From Azolla caroliniana (Eukaryota > Plantae > Polypodiophyta): a stretch of DNA of 64,000 nucleotides. Of this stretch, positions 14,151 through 24,600 are shown one piece after another. The notes under the pieces were generated by a model. That model saw nothing but the letters and a program-made list of their open reading frames with translations, was not told the origin of the DNA and did not search any database. The DNA lies in the NCBI GenBank assembly GCA_043228905.1, contig JBHGNT010000012.1, positions 3,906,001 through 3,970,000 of the forward strand, given 5' to 3'. Made by a program: the position numbers and the translations under genes. Every line of letters begins with the position of its first letter. Position 1 is the stretch's first letter.

Positions 14151-17100
14151 CTATCTCCCCCCTTTAAACGACGAGTGGCATGAGTCGTCTTGGATTGAGG
14201 ACCCGGTTTGTGTGGATATTGACGATGGAAGTCTTCAAGAAGAGCACGAGCATTGGTCACATTCTCGATCGGTTCCCAAGTACGTTCGTTGGGACTATAG
14301 CCTAGCCAATCGACTAGATAGTAGAGCTTGTTGCGAACAATCTTGGAATCAAGGATGGCGGCAACCTCATACTCCGGCCCATCTTCAAGCTTGATCGGGG
14401 GTGGAGGTTGTATAAGATGTCCTGGGATGGTGCTCTCGTGATAGGGTTCGAGGAGAGAACTATGAAACACCGGATGTATCCAAAGTTGAGGAGGTAGATT
14501 GAGACGAAAAGCAACATCATCAATCTTTCCGATAATATGGAAAGGACCTAATCGCCGATAATCCAACTTCTCACATGGGCGAGTAGTCTTGATGTGTCGT
14601 CGTAGCAGCCACACCCGATCTCCAATATTAAAACTGGATGGAAGTCGATGACGATCCGCGTAGACCTTGTGTGTTTGTTGAGCTTGCTGGAGATGAGTAG
14701 ATAAATCCGCTTGTATCTTGCGTAACCGCTCCAAACGATCCTCCGCGCATGGATTTGTGGACACCTCTGGGGTTTCAAGTACACTCCACCGGGGGTGACA
14801 TCCTGTATAAGCATAAAATGGCGTAACGTTAGTGGATGCGTGGATAGAGTTGTTATAGGCAAATTCGGCGAAGTGGAGAATATTTGCCCAGTCATCCTGA
14901 TGATAGTTGAGAAAGCACCACAGATACTGCTCCAGCGTTTGATTTGTTAGTTCGGCTTGGCCGTCGGTTTGTGGGCGGTAGTCGAAGGAGAGGTTACAAG
15001 TGACCTTGAGCATGTTAAAAAGGTGCTTCCAGAATTTTGCCACGAACTGGGGTCCACGATCGCTGATGATACTATCGGGAAGTCCATGATGCCGACATAC
15101 TTCACGCGTGACAATTTCGGCAGTGTCTTCACTGGAGATCTCCTTAGTACATGGCAAGAAATGAGCCATCTTCGTATATCGATCGACCACTGTTAGAATC
15201 GCATTGAACCCCTTAGAGATTAGAAGATCTGTGATGAAGTCTAGAGCAATGGATTGCCACGGCTTGCTTGGAATTGGTAATGGTTCTAATAAACCATATG
15301 GATGATGCCTTGGCATTTTCGCTTTGCAGCATGTATCACAAGTCCGAACAAAATCCTCGACAAATTGTCGCATACAGGGCCACCAGAATGATCGTTGCAC
15401 TAAATCTAATGTTTTAGTATTACCAAAATGCCCAGTTGTATATGTGTCATGACAATTTTGTACTATTCGGAGGCGGCAAGAACCATTAGGAACATACAAA
15501 AGTTCTTTAAAGAAGAGTAATCCATCATGGTATTTGAATTGCCGATAGTCCGTACATGGTGGTTGTGACTGTGAACACGACGCTTGAGAGGGATCAATTT
15601 GTGCTAGTATAGCTTGGGCGAACGCATCTGTCTTCAAGTCTTCACGTATGGTATCGATAACGCGGGAATCCATGGGCATGTCGAAGATCTGTGTTGCTTG
15701 TAGTCGTGCCGGTCCCAAGATGACTTGTTTTTGGTTATCGAAAGCTGGCTCGCCGGGACGGGGTGTTAGATACGAACGTCGTGATAATGCATCTGCCTTC
15801 CCTTGGTGCTTCCCCAGACGATATGTAATTTTGAAGTCGAAACGCGTGAGTTAGTGGGCCCACCGAGCTTGACGTCGATTCAACACACGAGCATCCTGAA
15901 AGTAGGCAAGGTTCTTGTGGTCACTAAATACGATGACTGGATGAGAGGATCCCTCCAGAAAATGCCTCCATTGCATAAAAGAATCCACTATTGCCAATAG
16001 CTCCTTATCATGAATTTCGTAGTTGATTTTGGCGGCGTCAAACTTGCGTGAGTGAAAAGCCATAGGATGTAGCTTCTCATCATTCCCCTGTTGTGACAGA
16101 ATGCTCCCCAATGCAAAATCCGATGCGTCAGCTTCGATAATGAATCGCTTTTCCGGATCGACATGAGCTAGAATTGGAGCCGATGTAAATGCCTTTTTAA
16201 GACTCTCAAAAGCCATGTCCGTTTCATCAGACCAGATGAACGGTTGTCCCTTCCTGGTAAGTTGTGTGAGAGGTAGAACGATCTTTGAGTAATCTTGTAT
16301 GAACTTCCGGTAAAAATTGGTAAAGCCTAGGAAGCATTGCACATCCCGCACCGAACGCGGAGTCTGCCATTCTACCACCGTTTTGACCTTAACTGGGTCC
16401 ATGGAGATGCCTTCTGACGAAATGATGTAGCCGAGAAATTCCACTTGGTTGCACCCGAAACTACATTTTTCCAGCTTTGCATACAGACCATGTTCTCGAA
16501 GTCGTTTTAGTACTAATAGTACATGAGAATCATGTTCTTCTTGGGTCTTTGAATAAACCAGTAGATCATCCAAATAGATGATCAAACAATCATCCAATAG
16601 ATCTCGGAATATATCATTAGCCATGTGTTGGAAGACTGCCAGCGCATTAGTGAGGCCGAACGGCATGACCGTATACTCGAAGTGCCCATATCTGGTGTGA
16701 AACGCGGTCTTCCATTCGTCTCCTGGTCGGATCCGTATGAGGTTATATGCTCCCCCCGTAAGTCGATCTTCGTGAAGAACTTGGCACCATTGATCCGTTC
16801 TAAAAGACTTGAGATAAGGGGACGAGCATACCTATTCCTGATTGTAACCTTATTCAAGCCACGGTAATATACAACGAGACGAAGCGATCCATCCTTTTTC
16901 TTGACGAAGAAAATGGGCACGCCGGCTGGAGATTTCGAATGCCGAATGAAACCATTTTCCCAATTCTCCTCTATATAGGCCCGAAGGACTTCCAGCTCGG
17001 TTGGTGACAAATTGTAGATCGGTCCCCATGGTGGCTCTTTTCCCGGTTGTAAATCGATGGGGCAATCGTACGGTCGATGATGAGGAAGTGTGTTGGCTTG

Positions 17101-17740
17101 TACTTCATCGAACACATCGGCGTAATGACGATACTTCTCGGGAAGTTGAGCGGTGGATTCTTCTTTAGTGGTGCTGGAGGGGTTTACTGATATTGCAAAG
17201 ATGAACATTTCCTCCTTGAGCACTTCTTTACGCAACTGACTTAGCGAAATGGTTGCCATCTTTTGAGTTGACCCTTGGGTTTGTCGACACTGGATTTCTC
17301 TTGTTCTCCAATCTATGTCTGGGTTATGTAACTCGAACCACGGTAATCCTAAAACTATGGGATGTTCTGGGATACTAATAATATTAAATGATACTACACA
17401 TGCTAAGTTATCTAGGACAATATTAATGGGCTCTGACTCTTCTATGATATTTCCGGAAGCAATGAGACGTCCATCAATGACTACTACAGAGGCTGGACAC
17501 TGGAGTTTTCTTAGGGATATCTTATGAGCTTGAGCAAATTTCTTATCCATAAAGCAAGAGTTAGCTCTGGAATCTAGGAGTGCTAGGACATGTACTCGAG
17601 GGGTACTTTTAGTACTAACTATTACTTGGGCTACGAACACATCACTAACTTGCTTAGAGGGAATGGAACCACTAATGGGCTGCACAGATCTAGGGTTGTC
17701 CAACCAAACGACTCCTATTTTGGCTAGACTTAGTCGTTTA
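14120..17740 (-). pseudogene. pol: Retrotransposon Pol (PR-RT-RH-INT-chromodomain), frameshifted near 16750 and with a stop near 15851
   Basis: Protease ALLDSRA, RT YLDDLL, RNase H EADASD...YEIHDKELLAI, integrase HHCC and ISDRGPQF, GPF motif, and chromodomain EYEVAAILDS...YLVDWLGYSPNERTWEP. Confidence 0.93.
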
Positions 17741-18877
17741 ACTCTTCTTCTAACTGACTAAGGACATCAAATTTGTTCGCTAGATCTAGGCTATTAGTAC
17801 TATTAGGACTATCAGATATCCCTACTGAAATAGGCTCGGGTTTAGTACAATTAGAACTAGCAACTATTTGGTTTACTTGTCTTCTTGGCCTATGGGGACA
17901 ATTTATTGCAATATGTCCTGGTCCACCGCAGTAAAGACATAGTCGATTTGTACGACGTCGCTGCTTTTCTTCTTCGGATAATGGCCCTCGACGACGTGTA
18001 GTGTCAATCTCCATCGGAGTCGGAGTATTCGCTAGAGGCGCATTATATGACTCCCTCGGAAAAGGTCTTGCTACCACTGAGGCGTAGGTGGGCTCTGATC
18101 TTGCCCTCGGCATCTGTAGCTGTCGTTCCGAACATCGCTCAAAGAGGCGGTTGTCACATCTCACCGCGCAACTGATTACTTCTGTTAAGGACTTTGGCTC
18201 TTCGGGGAAGGTCAAGAGTAAATCCTTGACTTCGTTGCGTAAACCATAACGGAATTGCTCCATCAACGCTTGATCATCCCAAGGGATATCGGCGGCGAGT
18301 AGGCGAAAATCTGCAGCGTATGCAGAGGTTGGACGGTCACCTTGGCCTAATCGCCGAATTTTGTTGATTGCGGCCCTAATGCTGTCAGTATCTCCGAAAC
18401 ATGCTTTAAACTCACCTAGAAACTCTTCAAAATTGTTGAGTAACGGAGATTCCTTCTCTAATAGTGGCACGAACCATGCCAACGTTGAGCCACTTAACAA
18501 AGTGCCTACTAAACCCACTCATGATGCATCGGTGGGATATCGGGAAGGATGCATTTGAATAACTAATTGTACCTGGTTAAGGATCTAAACTGCGATCGCG
18601 TTCCATCGAACTTCATGGGAAGGCCAATCTTCGGTTCTTTATGAATCCCGTGTGTTCCGGGCCCTTGTTGTTGCATCGCTACGATGGTTGCTTCGAGTTG
18701 TTGCACGCGTAATGCAAGTTCCCCATGTTGTTGTTGCGTTTGCTGCTTTTCTAAGGAGATTTGCTGAAGATCCCCCAGCAACCATTGGTTTTCTTGTTCC
18801 AAAGCATGGAACTTCTCTTTCAAGCATTGAAATTCCGAGAAAACAGATTGATATTCTTCAGCGCTAACAGTGGCCAT
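17730..18877 (-). pseudogene. gag: Retrotransposon Gag (coiled coil, capsid, CCHC knuckle), frame broken near 18560-18520
   Basis: ORFs 18563-18877 and 17730-18518; KEPKIGLPMKFDG, YAADFRLLAA...WDDQAL...FRYGL, PMEID, CLYCGGPGHIAINC. Confidence 0.9.
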
Positions 18878-18950
18878 GGGATGAAAGAAAAGAGGAATAA
18901 GAGATTAGTAGGAAATGAGAGAGACAGAAGGTAGGAAAATTGGTTCAAAC

Positions 18951-19446
18951 TGTCAGGAACAATACTAAGACAGAGAAGGAATTAGTACTAAACGAAGGAT
19001 TAGTACTATGAGAGGTGTAGAACTTCTTTGAGAGAAGGAAGAAGTGAGCGAGACGGAGAGAAAGAGAGAGATCGAGAGAGGGAGAGAGTGATGATAAGAA
19101 AGATATGTATTGTGTGAAGAGAATATACAATGGTGGCTAAAAGGCTTAAGACTGGCGTTGAACCAATTTGGTTCAACATAATGCCTAATGCCCTTTTTTA
19201 TAGTGTTCTCAGGAATAATCCTGAAGCTTCTAGAATGTTCTAGAGAGATTTGGAATATACATCAATTTTCTATGATAAAGCATAAATGAAAATAAGAATG
19301 CCTATATGCTTTCCAAATCAAGTTAGGGTGATGGGAAAGTGGGAATGCTAACTTATGATTCTATGTATTACAATTCATAGTCTAATGGTAAGAGCTCGAC
19401 CCATGTAGCATAAGGTCATGGGTTCGATTCTTGCTATATCATGACA
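18951..19446 (-). repeat. 5' LTR of the chromovirus (496 bp)
   Basis: Direct repeat of 13716-14150. Minus-strand TATAAAA at 19202-19196. Confidence 0.95.
19372..19440 (+). other. tRNA-derived Pol III promoter-like module (A box + B box) inside the 5' LTR, antisense to the element
   Basis: A box TAGTCTAATGG (19378-19388), variable-loop-like AGGTC (19413-19417), B box GGTTCGATTC (19421-19430), T8-T54 spacing 45 nt. Acceptor and anticodon stems do not pair, so it is not a functional tRNA. Confidence 0.7.
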
Positions 19447-19451
19447 CATAG

Positions 19452-19780
19452 CTTTTCGTTACCCTATCTTTGGTTGCCTGGGTCATCGAGAATTTACCCG
19501 AACGAGCACTAAAAGTGACTCCCAAGTATATATATGATCCGACTACCTCAAGTGGTTTATTAGAGAGGAGTAGGTGACATTTACTCCTAACTTGTGGCGA
19601 TGTATGAAAGATAAGGACTTTCGTTTTCGCTAGATTCACTATCAGTCCTCATTGTGTGCAAAAGTCATCTAGGGCATTAAGATGCTTTTGTAGGTTGTGT
19701 TCAGACTCCGAGAGCAAGACGATGTCGTATGCATAGAGTAAGAGACTAACTTGTGTACCCCCAATAGCTTCTTCATTGCC
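19452..19780 (-). mobile_element. 5' part (RT C-terminus, 5'-truncated) of the same LINE
   Basis: Reads LLLYAYDIVLL (YADD site)...VNLAKTKVLIF...YIYLGVTF...KDRVTKSY. The frame rejoins across the removed gypsy element as KSY-ASLSLLERQCHHAYFQEP. Confidence 0.85.
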
Positions 19781-20329
19781 CGACGATAGATGACTGACGA
19801 CAGCAACGACGACGACGACTGACACCGACGGCTACAACGGCAGCGTCAGGCAATGACAGACAACAGACAGTTGTTAGAGAGCTAGGGAGCGTTAGAGAGA
19901 GAGAGAGATTCTTGCAAAAGAAGAGGCAAACATTTAAGTAAGGATGGGATCTCATTTGTTGTTGCGATAAATCTCAAAAGATCACCATCCAAGTTCAAGA
20001 AGATATGTGGATGAACTTCTAGTTGCAAACAGAAAAAGTCCTCTAATTAAATAATCTCCAAATGTGCTTAAGCAATTTCGTGCAAACTTAGCTCAAACTA
20101 AGTTGAGAAAAAAGGTACATTGTGGTTAAATTTGGTTATGTAAGGCTATGTGGTTTTGGAAGAACTGACAATTGGCTTAGATAAAATTGAGTGGTGATCA
20201 AGAGGAAAGCACTCCCCAACACTAAAAAACTGGAATGATTCCTAAGGAAGACCAAATGGCATCATAAGGTCATCAAATACTTGGCACATGCAACTAATAT
20301 GATTTGGTTTGGGGGGACATGAAAAAAAA

Positions 20330-20645
20330 GCGGTTAGTAGGAATACACAACGGTTCAGTTTTGTCCCAATAGGTTTGGGAGTTTCCAAACATGAACTAAA
20401 CAGATTCCTAAACCGGTTAAGGCTAACCTGTTTGGCGAAATCGGGTAAGCCTAAATATGTTTAGGGCCCGGTTTAGCCAAGCCGATTAAGCCTTAATCGG
20501 TTTAGGAATCGCTTTGGTTTTGCTCGGCTCAACTTGAGCCATCCCAAACTGAGCTCAAACCATTTAAGGAAACCAAAGCCTAAACTAAACCGAACTACCA
20601 AACCATTTAAATTTGGTTTAATGGTTCGATTCAAGCTAAACAGAG
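20330..20645. mobile_element. Putative non-autonomous DNA transposon (hAT-like MITE) rich in AAACCG/CGGTTT motifs
   Basis: Starts TAGTAGGAATA with many AACCG/CGGTT subterminal motifs. A related segment starts TAGTAGGAATA at ~40314. It sits between two diverged copies of a ~90-bp sequence (20200-20290 and 20668-20758). TIR and TSD not resolved. Confidence 0.4.
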
Positions 20646-20932
20646 CCGTTGATTCCAAGTGGTTCGCAAGAGGAAAACACTCACCAACTCCAAACAAAGT
20701 AGAATGGGTCCTAGGGAAGACCAAATGGAGCCGGCAAGGTCGTCAATACTTGGTCCATATTACAAGCCAGTTACATGAGTTGATGTGGAGAAAATGACAA
20801 AATATGTTAACTCGGCCACAACAATGGTCAAAGGGTTGTCATTGGGACAAGGCCAAGACTCATGTATTCATGCAAAGAGGAACCTACAAGGTTTCCTACG
20901 ATTGATATGGTATGTTAGTGAAGCTATCTCAC

Positions 20933-21230
20933 GTGGAGGGTAACAATCATACCATAGGCAATGAATGATCAACACTTGACTTTCATCATGTCCTTACATC
21001 ATCGCATATATCAATTTCGTTGTATTAGTAATCGTATCAACATCCTACTATTGGTTTTGCTATGTTACTCGAGCTATCTCATTTGTCGGGCCATGTGGAG
21101 GGTGACAATTCATAAGATAGGAAAACGAATGATCAACACGTGCCTTTCGTCATGTCCTTACATCATCATCACTCATATAAGCTTCTTTGTATCATCAATC
21201 ATATCGGTGCTCTTATTTGGCCGTGTGAAG
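20933..21230. repeat. Diverged ~165-bp tandem duplication upstream of the PME gene
   Basis: GTGGAGGGTRACAAT...GAATGATCAACAC...TCATGTCCTTACATCATC occurs at ~20933 and ~21095. Confidence 0.8.
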
Positions 21231-21658
21231 AGTATAGCCAAAACGTGCTGCAAAACACACGAGTGAAGCGATTGATCGGTCGATCACGATCAACCCTAGA
21301 CCCTAAAACCCTAAACCCCTTCACAATCGCGGGGAAGGGCCAGCGTGTTTTGTGTGTTTTAGATGGCAATTAGGTGGGAAGGGGGGGGGGGGGGTCTCAT
21401 GGGAAAGGGGGCTTATTTACACCTGACCTTTTTTATAAACATTTTTTGAACTCTGAAGACCTTCCTTCCCCGGGGGAAAAGATACGACGAACACAAAGAA
21501 GGAATGAAAAAGAGTGTGAGTCTGCAAAAAACCATGGCAGCATTTCAGAAGCTCTTAACCACCTTCTTCTTCTTCTTCTTCTTCTTCTTCCTCTCGTTTG
21601 TCTTGGCGATGAAAATTACACAGTGGAGTAGAAGAAGAAGACGAAGACGAAGACGATC

Positions 21659-24600
21659 ATGTCGATCATCATGCTCTACCTGATCTTGGTCGTCCTCATC
21701 TCTCTGCATTTGCACCCTCTCTTCCTTCTCCGTGACCTCCCACCTGCTGCAAGGGATCTCCATCATCAGCTTCATCTTCATCTTCATCTTCATCGCCATA
21801 GCCATAGCCATAGCCATAGCCATCATCATCACCACATCCATCAGAAACTGCAGATCAATCAGTCAACTTCGTCCATTCTAACATCGAATCCGCGCAGGCT
21901 TGACCTTGATCCGCGAAGAAAACCTTCCTTTTCTACACCACACAGAAGAGCCATTTCTAATGTTGCAGAACCTACAGGATCGTTTGCTTCTTCTTCCTCC
22001 TCCGTCATTCCTATAGGTAAGCCTACTTCAAGCTTCCATAGCTCCTCTCAGGAAGATGTCGACCTTGACTATAATAGTACGCCAATAGCTTCTCCGCCTT
22101 CTGGCAACGATATTTACAGTAATGAATATCCCGCAGAAGAAAACAGCGACGAAGACTCATATGGTTCATCTGCACCGCCAATGTCTAGTGCTATTTCGAG
22201 AACTGATGGTAATAATCTCTATCACAACTCAGGTGCAGGTTTTCGTCTTTCTCGAGCTTCCATGGATGCTCGATTCTACAACGCTACCCGACTCATCATT
22301 GTAGATCAGTCTGGATTTGGTCATTTTCGCACCATTCAGGCAGCAGTGAATTCCATTCCTATCAACAACACACATATCTACACTATTCTTGTCGCAGGAG
22401 GTCTCTTTGAGTAAGTTTCCCTCTTATTAATTATCATTTCTAAAATGTAAACTCTTCACTTTCATTCCTATTCTATTATCTTAGATTAAATTTCCAGAAA
22501 AAGGCCGATCAATGGTAAAGGTTTAAAGATGCGAAGAGAAAATTTGATCATGGAAAAATCAAGCTGCGTTAATTGTGATGCGTAGAAATAATTCCACATT
22601 GCAATGTCCATAATATGGATGGATTGTCGTCTGTATTTAATATAAAATGCGTATGAACTTCATTGATTTATCCATGTAAAGATTCACAGTTCTTGAAGCA
22701 AATCACTGTTTTTAACAACAATGCATTGATTCATGTCCTTGTTTAACAAAGGATGTGCATGGGTTTGGTAGCATATCCATGTGAAGATTGGCAATTCTTG
22801 AAGCAAATCACCGTTTTTAACAACGATGCATTGATCCATGTCCGTGTTTAATATAGGATGTGCATGGATTTGGTGGCATATCCATGTGAAGATTGACAAT
22901 TCTTGAAGAAAATCACTTTTTTTTTTGAAAAATTGAGAAGCAATCAGAAGGAAAGAATTTAGGCCGGGGACCAAGAGTGATGTATGGTCCTTATACAACA
23001 TACTATATATCATCTTGCAATTTTTGCAGGGAAATCTCGTATAACATGATTTTATTGCGCATCCTCATAAGCCACGACATCTTCAGTGTAGGTATTGGTT
23101 TCAATCTCCTGACAGTTGGTGCGTATGCTCTATAGTACATCAAGAAACTACCAAATTTGATCTCCATCTTAAACTGCTTGATAATTTCACAGAGAGAAGG
23201 TCGCCTGTCCTTTAATGTATACGAACTGTACTGTGTAGTTCTTTCTCTTAATACATTTCTATTCCATAATTAGCAAAGATCAAGAAATCTCAGGAGTTAT
23301 CAAATTTGATCTCCACTGTAAACTGCTTCATTTTACACAGAAAATGTGGTTTACCTCCCCCACAGAAAACCTTATTGCATTTTGTACTAGTCCTTTTTTA
23401 TGCATTCCTATTTGTTCTTCTACCAAATTTGAGCTCCATTGTTAACTGCTTGCCCATTTCAGTGCTAAATGCACTATTTCTAGTTCCTTCTGTTCATGTC
23501 TTTCGCAGTGATTTATCTTCCTTTGTTGGTCATCCGTGCCGCATATTGATAAAGAAACCTAGTCAGAAATTACCAAAGTTACAGCTCAGCTATATTAAAC
23601 ATGTGATTAATCGATGTGATGTCATGATATGTGTAGTTCTTTGGCATAGTGGATTCTTAATTGATTTATGTTCCTGTGTTGTTCCTCAATGATTAACATA
23701 AATAAAGGAACCTAGTCAGGAGTTAGGAAATTTGATCCGTACTTAATAACCACTAATTATTCAATATAATGTCACACTTTCTGGAACTCTTTCTTTTGAC
23801 GCATTCATCTAAACTGATGATTATCCAATCCAATGTCACGTTAATGTACTTAACTCATTCCTAATTAATTTATCTTCCTTTGTTGTATCACAATAATTAA
23901 TATAGGTATAGAAACCTCACCAGAAATTACCTAATTTTCTGCTCAGTTTGATTAAACTGCTTCACATATGCATATATATTTCACAGAGAGAAGGTAGTTT
24001 TCCCGCACAATAAACCTTTCATCAGGCTGCAAGGTTTAGGGAGTGATCAGACAACGATCAGCTGGCATGATACTGCTGCTACGGCCGCGTCTCAAAAGTT
24101 TGGGCCAGGTCGACCTCTAGGCACCTTCCACAGTGCAACTGTTGCGGTCAATGGTGCCAATTTCATCGCCAGAGGTTTAACTTTCCAGGTCAGGAGCTCT
24201 ATTATTTATAAAGGAAAATTGTAACATGCCAAGATTCCACACATTCTTTTGTATTTGTGCCGTCAATGGAGTCAATCTCATCACCAGAAGTTTAACTTTC
24301 CAGGTAGGGAATGTTTTTAAGGGGAACTTTCTTGAAATGCCACTTATTTTAAACGTATATGCCAAAAATCCCACACTTTCTGTTGTGTTTTCCAGCATCC
24401 CACTCTTCTTGGTTAATTAATTCTGAAACCACCGAAATCAAATGCCTTAATCAGGTAATGTGTTGCAATTAATCAAGATATAGGTGTTAATTAGTATTGT
24501 GCTGCTGCTTAATCAAGAGTAATGAACCCCTAGCTAATCTACATTGGTAAAGCAAAATGGCACTGATTTAGTAATGTGCCAATAATTTCGCCATATTTAT

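Larger units (their letters stand above)
13716..19446 (-). mobile_element. Full-length Ty3/gypsy chromovirus (Tcn1/Tf1-sushi-like) with a few disabling mutations
   Basis: TGTCA...TGACA LTRs at 18951-19446 (5') and 13716-14150 (3'), about 12 substitutions plus one 61-bp indel apart. 5-bp TSD CATAC/CATAG (one mismatch). PPT at 14151-14166. Domain order gag-PR-RT-RNaseH-INT-chromodomain. Confidence 0.97.

Noticed and set aside
19372-19446. Functional tRNA gene in the LTR
   Set aside because: Acceptor and anticodon stems do not pair and there is no U33; only the promoter boxes, spacing and variable loop are tRNA-like.
21290-21320. Telomere-like AACCCTA repeats (also 37240-37310)
   Set aside because: Only two to four degenerate units; common telobox or interstitial motifs in plants.
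21545-21841. Minus-strand Met/Ala/Lys-repeat ORF
   Set aside because: Antisense shadow of the microsatellite-rich PME exon 1.
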